NCBI GenBank assembly: GCA_963812015.1 | Contig: CAWETI010000002.1 | Location: 1,344,001 to 1,408,000, forward strand | Source: an uncultured delta proteobacterium | GTDB taxonomy: Bacteria; Desulfobacterota; Desulfobaccia; Desulfobaccales; 0-14-0-80-60-11 | DNA: 64,000 nucleotides | Reading direction: 5' to 3' | Shown: in pieces, positions 56,521-64,000 of the stretch | Numbering within the stretch: position 1 is the stretch's first letter | Layout: each line of letters opens with the position of its first letter | Position numbers and translations under genes: made by a program | The notes under the pieces: generated by a model | What the model was told of the DNA's origin: nothing | What the model saw: only the letters and a program-made list of their open reading frames with translations | Databases searched by the model: none

Positions 56521-57325
56521 GGCCATCTTCCCATTGGGCCGCCGCGGCCAGCACCAAGCGGACGGCCCGATCCCGGGCCCGGCGAAAAGGCTCCGAGCGG
56601 TAGCCAGGCTTCCATTGCCCGGTGGCCAACTCATCCGATACCACCAGCAGGCCGGCCGCCGGCACCTGCCGGAACCGGGCCACGGCAAATAAAGCCGCCA
56701 TTTCCATGTCAACCCCCAGGACTCCCTGATCCTGGTAGCGCTTTACCAGGGGCACCGTTTCCCGGTAGAACCCGTCGGTAGACCAGACGAGCCCTTCCTG
56801 CCAACGATTATCCGAGGCGCCCAACAGTTGCCGCAAAATGCCGCACAGGCCCGGGTCCGGGTCCGGGGGCTGCCCCTTGAGGGGATAATGTCGGGAGGTG
56901 CCTTCGGTGCTCACCGTGGTGGTGGGGAGCACCAGGTCGCCGATGGTAAGATGGGACTGCAGGGAACCGCACCATCCCAGGGCCAGGACCATGCGGGCAC
57001 CCAGGGCAATGAGCTTTTCCATCACCATAACCGCATAGGGCGCCCCCAGGGCCGGGGCCATGAAGGTTATGGGCACCTCAGCCCAGCGCCCTTCCCGCAA
57101 GGCGCAGTTGTAGATATAACGCGGCGGCTCCGGCGGTTGCACCAGGCGGCAGAGCTCCTGGTAGTCGGGCAGGGTGAAGGTGAGAATCACCCGGGGGGTC
57201 ACCAAAGCGTCCCAGGGTTCCCGCGTCGGATTGATGATCGCCTCACCGGGTGGGGCCTCGCGGCCAGGGGCTCCCGGGTGGTCCGGGAAGCCAAGCCGCA
57301 CCGCCGCCTCAATTTCACTGCTCAT
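56513..57325 (-). CDS. Nucleoside phosphorylase (PNP/UDP family)
   Basis: GAP.A..EKLIALG, GWCGSL, EGTS.HY, WSTDGFYRET, VDMEMAALF, VVSD. Confidence 0.92.
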   Translation of the reverse strand: MSSEIEAAVRLGFPDHPGAPGREAPPGEAIINPTREPWDALVTPRVILTFTLPDYQELCRLVQPPEPPRYIYNCALREGRWAEVPITFMAPALGAPYAVMVMEKLIALGARMVLALGWCGSLQSHLTIGDLVLPTTTVSTEGTSRHYPLKGQPPDPDPGLCGILRQLLGASDNRWQEGLVWSTDGFYRETVPLVKRYQDQGVLGVDMEMAALFAVARFRQVPAAGLLVVSDELATGQWKPGYRSEPFRRARDRAVRLVLAAAAQWEDGHV

Positions 57326-57933
57326 GCCGGGTTCCGTGCCTTATTCAGTTTCCAGAAAAAATAAACCGCGACGCCGATAAGTCCGGCGACCACGAAGTAG
57401 TCCAGAATGTGGGTGTATTGCTGGATGATGCGCCAGTTCTCTTTGAGCCGCACCCCCAGGTAGGTGAGAAATCCGTTCCATAGGGTGGCCCCCACCGCAG
57501 TATAGAGGATAAAGGGGATGAGGGACATGCGGGCCAGACCCGCGGGGATGGAGATGAGATGGCGGACCACCGGAATAAATCGGGAGATGAAGATGGTCTT
57601 GCCGCCGTGACGGTCGAAAAAGTTCTTGGTCCACTCCAGGTGGTGCGGGTTGAGGAGCAGGTAGCGGCCGTAGCGTAGCACTACGGGCTCCCCCAGCCTC
57701 CCCATGCCGTAGGACAGGAGCGAGCCCAGGATGGACCCTAGGCTGCTGGCCACCATTACCGGCACCACGCCAAAATCCCCCGTGAAGATCAGGAACCCGG
57801 CAAAAGGCATGACCAGCTCGCTGGGGATAGGGGCAACCATGCTTTCCAGGGCCATCAATAGGAAGATGCCCACGTAGCTGCATTGATTGATGAACAGCGT
57901 ATTATAGTAACAGAGGGATTCAGTCACTCCCAT
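57322..57933 (-). CDS. DedA family membrane protein
   Basis: LES..PIPSE..PFAG, F.RHG..IFISRFIPVVR..ISIPAG. Confidence 0.95.
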   Translation of the reverse strand: MGVTESLCYYNTLFINQCSYVGIFLLMALESMVAPIPSELVMPFAGFLIFTGDFGVVPVMVASSLGSILGSLLSYGMGRLGEPVVLRYGRYLLLNPHHLEWTKNFFDRHGGKTIFISRFIPVVRHLISIPAGLARMSLIPFILYTAVGATLWNGFLTYLGVRLKENWRIIQQYTHILDYFVVAGLIGVAVYFFWKLNKARNPA

Positions 57934-57937
57934 AGAA

Positions 57938-59311
57938 TCAGCTTTCTCCCAATTCCCGGTGCCGGATCTGCTGCATTATCCGGGATTGTAACTCCTCAAG
58001 ACCCGGACTCAAACTCACCGGGTAGAGGGTGGGGTCCTGGAGGGCCTTGTGGGCTGCGGGCAGCCGGGCAAACTGGTCCTGAAAATAGTCCCGGCCCTCC
58101 CTCAGCGACGGCTGCGGCCGGGTGATCCGGCCATTCGCCATCACCGGCTGGAGGAGCGGGGTGCCTTCCGGCCTGGCCTCGCGCCGCAAGGCGATGGTAT
58201 CCCGCTGCATGGCGCCCTGAGCGTCGAAAGTTCGCCAGACCTGCTTTTTGTCTACCAGGGTGACCTTGCCGGTGGACAGCTTCATCACCGGCTGATCGGC
58301 GTAGCGCACCAATTTATAGGCAATGTCGAAGTAGGGGGCGTCCGCCGAGACCCCCATCTTGGTGCCCACGGCGAAGGCGTCGATCCGGGCCCCGTCGGCC
58401 AGCACCCGGGCGATTTTATGCTCGTCAAAGCCGCCGCTGGCCAGGATGCGCACGGAGGTGAGGCCGTTCTCGTCCAGGATTCGGCGCACGTCCTTGCTGA
58501 TGGCCGCCAAGTCGCCGCTGTCCAGACGCACGTAGTCCAGACGCTGGCCCCGGGCCTCCATCTCTTTGGCCACCGTCACGGCGTGCCGGGCCCCGGCGAT
58601 ATTGTCATAGGTGTCGATGAGCAGGGTGGCGGCGCCGGGGAAGTTCCGGGCGAACACCCGGAAGGCGTCGATTTCGTGCGGAAAACTGGTGATATAGGAA
58701 TGGGCCATAGTTCCGAAGATGGGCAGGCCGTAGATTTTGCCCGCCAGGACGTTGCTGGTGCCGGCAAACCCGGCCAGATAGCTGGCCCGGGCCACCTTGA
58801 GACCGGCGTCGCTCCCCTGGGTGCGCCGGAGGGAAAAATCCACCAGGGGTCTGCCCGCGGCCGCGTGGACGGAGCGGGACGCCTTGGTAGCGATCATGGT
58901 CTGGAGGCTGATGGCGTTGATGATGAAGGTCTCCACCAGTTGGGCCTCGATGATGGGGCCGCTCACCTCGACGATGGGCTCGTTGGCGAAAAAGATGCTC
59001 CCTTCGGGGAGGGCCTGCACCTCGCCGGTGAAGCGCACTCCTTTCAGGTAGTCCAGGAAGCGGGCTTGAAACAGGCCGGTGGACGCCAGATAATCCAGGT
59101 CGGCGGCCGAGAAGCGCAGGGTTTCCAGATAATCCAAGGCCTCGGCCAGCCCGGCGGCCACCATGTAGCCGCGCTGAGGCGGGTACTTGCGGATGAACAG
59201 GCTGAAGGTGGCCTCACCGGACATGTCCTGGTCGAAATAGCAGGCCGCCATGGTCAGCTGGTAGAGGTCCGTCAGGAGCGCCAGCCGTTCACCCAATGGT
59301 TGTTGGTCCAA
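57938..59311 (-). CDS. pncB: Nicotinate phosphoribosyltransferase
   Basis: LLTDLYQLTM, DFSLRR, GTMAHS, LIDTYD, VRLDSGD, ASGG, YKLV. Start approximate (TTG 59311 after GAGG). Confidence 0.95.
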   Translation of the reverse strand: MDQQPLGERLALLTDLYQLTMAACYFDQDMSGEATFSLFIRKYPPQRGYMVAAGLAEALDYLETLRFSAADLDYLASTGLFQARFLDYLKGVRFTGEVQALPEGSIFFANEPIVEVSGPIIEAQLVETFIINAISLQTMIATKASRSVHAAAGRPLVDFSLRRTQGSDAGLKVARASYLAGFAGTSNVLAGKIYGLPIFGTMAHSYITSFPHEIDAFRVFARNFPGAATLLIDTYDNIAGARHAVTVAKEMEARGQRLDYVRLDSGDLAAISKDVRRILDENGLTSVRILASGGFDEHKIARVLADGARIDAFAVGTKMGVSADAPYFDIAYKLVRYADQPVMKLSTGKVTLVDKKQVWRTFDAQGAMQRDTIALRREARPEGTPLLQPVMANGRITRPQPSLREGRDYFQDQFARLPAAHKALQDPTLYPVSLSPGLEELQSRIMQQIRHRELGES

Positions 59312-59572
59312 GTTCACCTCAGTGGGGGGTGGAGGAGGGGCCGATGCCGTACCCTGCCAACGCATTCCAGACGGAAACCAGGCGCTGCGGCCGCCCGGGC
59401 CATCCGCTGAGCGGGCGGGCGGCTAGCGCCCCGGCCATTCCCGGTATCTCTGGGAAATTCCCCTTATCTTATTACAATAGCTCAATGGTTTCCATAATTT
59501 TGGTTATTTTTTCGGAAATCAGCGGCGGGCATGACGGCGTTCCAGGACCGGCAGCGCCTCCTGGACGGGTCC

Positions 59573-60571
59573 TTACCCCCGGGAAAAGACATCGCCGGAA
59601 AGGTCCAGGCGGTCACCGGCCATCAGGCGCCGGTACCCCAGGGCAGCCACCATGGCGGCGTTGTCGGTGCACAGGGACAGGGGTGGGAGGAACAGCTCGA
59701 TGCCCTCGGCCTGGGCCCCGGTCACCAACGCCTGGCGGAGATTGCCGTTGGCCGCCACCCCGCCGCAGACCACCAGGCGAGTGCAGCCGGCCTCGGTGAG
59801 GGCCAGCCAGGCCCGGCTGGTCAGGCTCTCCACCACTGCGGCCTGGAAGCTGGCGGCCAGGTCGCGCCGGGAGGCGTCATCGGCGAGGATTTCCGGGTGC
59901 TGCTTGAGTTGGTAGGCCACCGCGGTCTTGAGACCGGAAAACGAGAAGGTGAGGGGCTCCTTCTGGATGCGGGGCCGGGGCAGGTGGTAGGCCGAGGCAT
60001 TGCCGGCTGCGGCCAGGGCCTCGATCTTGACCCCGCCCGGGTAGCCCAACTCCATGAGCTTGGCCACCTTGTCGAAGGCCTCCCCCGCGGCGTCGTCCCG
60101 GCTACGGCCCAAAAGTGCCATCTCACCGAAACCGGCCACCCGGTAGAGGTTGGTATGGCCGCCGGAGACCACCAGGGCTACGAACGGGAACTCAGGCGGG
60201 GGCTCGGTCAGAAACGCCGCCATGATGTGGGCCTGTAAGTGGTGGACGCCCACCAGCGGTTTATGCAAGGTGTAGGACAAGACCTTGGCCGCGGCCATGC
60301 CGATGACCAGGGCGCCGATGAGTCCGGGCCCCTGGGTCACGGCCAAGCCGTTCAGGTCGGAAAGGGTGATGCTGGCCTGATCTAACGCCCCCTGGATCAC
60401 CGGCAGGATATTTTCGAGATGCCGCCGGGCGGCGATCTCCGGCACCACCCCGCCGTAGGCGGCGTGGGACTCGAACTGGGTCGCCACCACCGAGGACAAC
60501 ACGGTGCGTCCATCAGCCACCACCGCCGCCGCGGTCTCATCGCAGGAAGTTTCGATTCCGAGTATGAGCAT
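59573..60571 (-). CDS. tsaD: tRNA threonylcarbamoyladenosine transferase TsaD
   Basis: LGIETSCDET, GGVVPE.A.R.H, HHLQAH, VSGGHT, DDAAGEAFDK, TDNAAM. Confidence 0.98.
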   Translation of the reverse strand: MLILGIETSCDETAAAVVADGRTVLSSVVATQFESHAAYGGVVPEIAARRHLENILPVIQGALDQASITLSDLNGLAVTQGPGLIGALVIGMAAAKVLSYTLHKPLVGVHHLQAHIMAAFLTEPPPEFPFVALVVSGGHTNLYRVAGFGEMALLGRSRDDAAGEAFDKVAKLMELGYPGGVKIEALAAAGNASAYHLPRPRIQKEPLTFSFSGLKTAVAYQLKQHPEILADDASRRDLAASFQAAVVESLTSRAWLALTEAGCTRLVVCGGVAANGNLRQALVTGAQAEGIELFLPPLSLCTDNAAMVAALGYRRLMAGDRLDLSGDVFSRG

Positions 60572-60584
60572 TTTGACTGGATAT

Positions 60585-60650
60585 ATGGGACAGGGGACCA
60601 GGGGCTTTTTCGTAAGCGGCCCCGGCCACCCTCCCCCAAACCCCCACCCC
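60585..60650. repeat. G/C-tract hairpin repeat
   Basis: GGGACAGGGGACCAGGGGCTTTTTCGTAAGCGGCCCC..CCCCCAAACCCCCACCCC; shares the GGGGCTTTTTCGT core with 14281 and 17653. Confidence 0.7.
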
Positions 60651-60696
60651 TTAAATTTTTCAGAAATTGTTGGGGGGCGCCCCCCACCCTACGCAC

Positions 60697-61245
60697 CTAT
60701 TTATTGATGATCAAATACGGTTTGATCTGCCTTACCTTCTTCGGGCCGAAGCCCAAAACCTTCTCCTCCAGCTCTTCAATCTTTTTATACGGGCCGTGCT
60801 TCTGACGGTAATCCACTATCCTTTGGGCCAGGGCCGGCCCGACCCCCGGGACGGCTGCCAGGTCCTCGGCGGTAGCCCGGTTGAGGTCAAGGGGCAGCCC
60901 CAGGGTGATAAGCTGGGCTCCGGGCATGGCCGTGACGAGGTAGCCGCCCTCCGGCGTCACCTCCACCCGGGTGCCGCTGGCGATGATTTTATTTGGGTCC
61001 TGGGCGGTCCCCGGAGCCCCGGCCTTCGTCCAGACTTCACCCAGGCTGGGTGGCTTCGGGAAGGAATAGACCCCGGGGTGGGAAACCTTCCCGGTGACCT
61101 CCACAAAGGCCAGGTTCAGGATCCCGGGCGGGGGCGGGGAGGGGGGAAAGAGCACGTGGGCCCGCCAGGCGTATAAAAGGAGGAGCGCGGCTCCCAGGAT
61201 AAGAATAACGCCTAATTGGGGGGGGCTGAAGTAAGGCAAACGCAT
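60697..61245 (-). CDS. comEA: ComEA-like helix-hairpin-helix DNA-binding protein
   Basis: N-terminal TM, V.V.G.V..PGVY (SLBB), LDLNRAT..L..VPGVGP.LAQRIV.YR...G. Confidence 0.88.
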   Translation of the reverse strand: MRLPYFSPPQLGVILILGAALLLLYAWRAHVLFPPSPPPPGILNLAFVEVTGKVSHPGVYSFPKPPSLGEVWTKAGAPGTAQDPNKIIASGTRVEVTPEGGYLVTAMPGAQLITLGLPLDLNRATAEDLAAVPGVGPALAQRIVDYRQKHGPYKKIEELEEKVLGFGPKKVRQIKPYLIINK

Positions 61246-61250
61246 GGTCA

Positions 61251-61422
61251 AGGGGCGAAAAGGGAAAAAGGCGAAAAGGGAAAAAGGGGAGAAAAAAAGT
61301 CAGGCATCACTCGTGGCGCTCCCGTGTTTAGTGGGGAGAAGTGGAACGAGAAAAGTTAAGAGGCACCTGATTGACAGGTCCTTTCCCTTCTCGCCTTTTT
61401 CCCTCTTCTCCTTTTTTCCCCT
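61251..61422. repeat. Inverted octamer-arm element (empty) between cimA and comEA
   Basis: Left arm GGGCGAAA AGGGAAAA AGGCGAAA AGGGAAAA AGGGGAGA; right arm TTTCCCTT CTCGCCTT TTTCCCTC TTCTCCTT TTTTCCCC; about 90-nt unique spacer. Confidence 0.8.
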
Positions 61423-61425
61423 GCT

Positions 61426-63084
61426 TTATCTGGCCCCTTGTTCATCCCTAAAAAGTTTATAGGTGATGCTGTCCACCAACGCCTGCCAGGAGGCGTCGAT
61501 GATATCGGTGGCCACCCCCACCGTATTCCACCACTCGTGGCCGTCCCGAGAGATGATGAGGACCCGCACCATGGCGCCGGTGCCGCGCATGCCGGGGAGC
61601 ACCCTGACCTTGTAGTCTTCCAGGATGATTTCCGTCAAGCGGGGATAAAACCGCACCAGGGCCTTGAGCAGGGCGTTGTACAGGGCGTCCACCGGGCCGT
61701 TGCCGAAGGCCGCGGTATGGACTTCATGCGCCCCTACCCGCACCCGGAGGGTAGCTTCAGGCACCGGGGGCTCCAAGCCTCCTACCTTCTGATCGATAAC
61801 CCGGTAGGACTGGAGCTGAAAGTATTCCTTGTGCTGGCCCAAGGCGGCCCGGAGGAGCAACTCCAGGGAGGCCTCGGCGTCTTCGAACTGGAAGCCCTGG
61901 GACTCCAGGTCCTTGACCTTGTCCAGGACGGTCTTGACGTTGCTCTCAAAGGGCGGTAGTTGCACCCCTTCATCCAGGTTGAGAATCTGCCTCAATTTAT
62001 CCAGGGCATGGCGCACCGCAGTATCGTGGGTCCCCAAATCCAGCCCCAATTCCTGGGCTCTCATGAGGATGTTGCCCCGGCCTGACAGGTCGGAGACCGG
62101 AATCACCCGAACATTACCCACCAGGGCCGGGTCGATATGCTCATAGGCCTTGGGATTGCGTTTCACCGCGGCGGCATGGATGCCCGCCTTGTGAGCGAAG
62201 GCGCTCTTGCCCACGTAGGGCTGGTAACGATTGGGACGGACGTTGGCCGCCTCGTAGACGAACCGGGAGACCTCGGTGAGGCGCTTGAGCTTGTTGTCGC
62301 CCAGGCAATCTATCCCCATCTTCAACTGGAGGTTGGGAATGATGGAACAGAGATTGGCGTTGCCGCAGCGCTCCCCCACGCCGTTGATGGTCCCCTGGAC
62401 CTGGCCGCACCCCAGTGCCACCGCGGCGATGGAGTTGGCCACCGCCAGTTCGGAATCATTGTGGGCGTGGATCCCCAGGGGTGCTTCGGGGAAGCGTTCC
62501 TGGACCGTCTTGATGATCTCGATCAACTCGCTGGTCAGGGTGCCGCCATTGGTGTCGCAGAGCACCAGGCACTCTGCGCCGCCGTTCAAAGCGGCCTGCA
62601 GGGCTTTCAGGGCGTAGTCCCGGTCGTCCTTGAAGCCATCGAAGAAATGCTCGGCGTCATAAAACAGCTCTTCCACCCGGGGCTTGAGATAGGCCAGGGA
62701 GCCGGTGATGAGTTCCAGGTTGCGCTCCGGGGTGGTTTGCAGGATCTCCTTGACCTGGAAGAGGGACGACTTGCCGAAGAGAGTCACCACTGACGCCCGG
62801 CTGATGAGGAGTTCCTGGAAAACAGGATCGGACTCCGGCGGCCGGTCCTTGTGGTGGGTGCTGCCAAACGCGGCGATGCGACTGACGCCCAACTCATAAT
62901 TGCGAATTTCGCCGAAGAAGTCCTTGTCCTTGGGGTTGGCCCCGGGCCAGCCGCCTTCAATGTAATGAATGCCCAGATGCGCCAGCTTTTGGGCGATGCG
63001 GATTTTGTCGGCCAGGGACAGATTGAAATCCTCGGCCTGGGTACCGTCTCTCAAGGTGGTGTCATAGATTTTTACCTGGCGCAT
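61426..63084 (-). CDS. cimA: Citramalate synthase (LeuA/CimA family)
   Basis: YDTTLRDGTQ, IEGGWPG.NPKD, DAEHFFDG, HAHND, GERCGNANL, AHKAGIH, W.TVGV..IIDASW. Confidence 0.93.
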   Translation of the reverse strand: MRQVKIYDTTLRDGTQAEDFNLSLADKIRIAQKLAHLGIHYIEGGWPGANPKDKDFFGEIRNYELGVSRIAAFGSTHHKDRPPESDPVFQELLISRASVVTLFGKSSLFQVKEILQTTPERNLELITGSLAYLKPRVEELFYDAEHFFDGFKDDRDYALKALQAALNGGAECLVLCDTNGGTLTSELIEIIKTVQERFPEAPLGIHAHNDSELAVANSIAAVALGCGQVQGTINGVGERCGNANLCSIIPNLQLKMGIDCLGDNKLKRLTEVSRFVYEAANVRPNRYQPYVGKSAFAHKAGIHAAAVKRNPKAYEHIDPALVGNVRVIPVSDLSGRGNILMRAQELGLDLGTHDTAVRHALDKLRQILNLDEGVQLPPFESNVKTVLDKVKDLESQGFQFEDAEASLELLLRAALGQHKEYFQLQSYRVIDQKVGGLEPPVPEATLRVRVGAHEVHTAAFGNGPVDALYNALLKALVRFYPRLTEIILEDYKVRVLPGMRGTGAMVRVLIISRDGHEWWNTVGVATDIIDASWQALVDSITYKLFRDEQGAR

Positions 63085-63097
63085 GGTCATTCCTCTT

Positions 63098-64000
63098 TTA
63101 AGTGGATGCCTTCCGTTTCGGCGGGGGCGTCTCCAACCCGAAGGCGTCGTGGAGCACCCGTACGGCCAATTCGCCGTATTTATCTTCAATGACGCAGGAA
63201 ATTTTGATCTCCGAGGTGCTGATCATCAAGATGTTGATGTTTTCGGCGGCCATGGCTTCGAACATGCGGGCCGCCACCCCGGCGTTGTTCTTCATACCCA
63301 CGCCGACCACGGAGACCTTGGCGATGTTCTCTTCGCTTAATACTTTCTCGGCCCCGATATCGGCGGCCACCGGCTTGACAATCTCGAGGGTCTTCTTCAG
63401 GTCACCCTTGGGCACGGTAAAAGTCAGGTCAGTGTGGCCCTCGATGCTGGTGTTCTGGATGATCATGTCCACCACGATGTTGGCATCAGCCACCGGCTGG
63501 AACAGGTGTATCGCAACTCCGGGGCGGTCGGGAACCCGGGTGATGGTGACCCGAGCATCATTTCGGCTGAGGGCAACCCCGGATACTGGCACAATTTCCA
63601 TTTCTTCATCCTCCACGGTCACCAGGGTGCCCGGCTCCTCGGAAAAACTGCTGCGTACCACCAGGGGTACGCTATACCGCCTGGCAAAACCCACGGATCG
63701 GATCTCCAGAACTTTGGCCCCCATAGAAGCCAACTCCAGCATTTCGTCATACGAGATGCGCTCCAGTTTCCTGGCCTTGGGGTAGATGCGGGGGTCAGTG
63801 GTGTAGACCCCGTCCACGTCGGTATAGATTTCACAGAGGTCGGCTTTCAAGGTTGCGGCAATGGCCACCGCGGTGGTATCGGAGCCGCCCCGGCCCAAAG
63901 TGGTGATGTTCCCCACTTCGTCCACCCCCTGGAACCCGGCTACGGTGACGATGCGGTTTTTTTTCAATTCTTCTTTAATGCGGGCGGTATCGATGCCCAG
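63098..64000 (-). CDS. lysC: Aspartate kinase, 5'-truncated by the window edge
   Basis: [37 protein letters not shown], two ACT domains, ISTSEIKIS. Confidence 0.97.
   Translation of the reverse strand: MGIDTARIKEELKKNRIVTVAGFQGVDEVGNITTLGRGGSDTTAVAIAATLKADLCEIYTDVDGVYTTDPRIYPKARKLERISYDEMLELASMGAKVLEIRSVGFARRYSVPLVVRSSFSEEPGTLVTVEDEEMEIVPVSGVALSRNDARVTITRVPDRPGVAIHLFQPVADANIVVDMIIQNTSIEGHTDLTFTVPKGDLKKTLEIVKPVAADIGAEKVLSEENIAKVSVVGVGMKNNAGVAARMFEAMAAENINILMISTSEIKISCVIEDKYGELAVRVLHDAFGLETPPPKRKAST

Noticed and set aside
12009..61422. Short repeats with unique spacers as a CRISPR array
   Set aside because: Repeats are tandem 7/8-mers in inverted arms at dispersed sites, not 23-47 bp direct repeats with regular spacers; no cas genes.

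Overview
GC-rich bacterial chromosome segment. Gene content and style suggest an anaerobic deltaproteobacterium (Desulfobacterota-like); this is inference. In order it contains: (1) a stress/accessory block (5'-truncated peroxiredoxin, MerR-TPR, DUF488, YbhB/PEBP, SH3 lipoprotein, AT-rich K-channel-family gene, exported TPR-CHAT protease, AF1514-family protein); (2) a complete V/A-type ATPase operon (G/H-C-I-K-F-E-[GNAT]-A-B-D) followed by a USP; (3) a YbhG/F/S/R-like ABC exporter and an MdtA/B-like RND pair; (4) hypF-C-D-E and an Hsp20-like gene; (5) a five-gene two-component cluster and a cold-shock gene; (6) an isoprenoid-related trio (HpnG-like, CruF-like, IspH-UbiA fusion); (7) a porin, a four-helix-bundle gene and a lipoprotein; (8) a minus-strand housekeeping run (lysC, cimA, comEA, tsaD, pncB, dedA, nucleoside phosphorylase, DUF1786, MBL hydrolase, GDT1, aroK, aroC, tyrA, serS). 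I saw no rRNA, tRNA, CRISPR array, transposase or integrase. The most striking unexplained structure is non-coding: gene junctions are repeatedly occupied by elements whose two arms are tandem 7-bp or 8-bp repeats in inverted orientation. One element encloses an AT-rich four-helix-bundle (IVP/Avd-like) gene and about ten others are empty or partial, resembling an autonomous/non-autonomous element pair with no known transposase. Several other palindromic repeat families, two candidate non-canonical start codons (ATC, ATT) and a repeated TAGG-N8-CCTA operator were also found. All family assignments are by eye from motifs; no searches were run.
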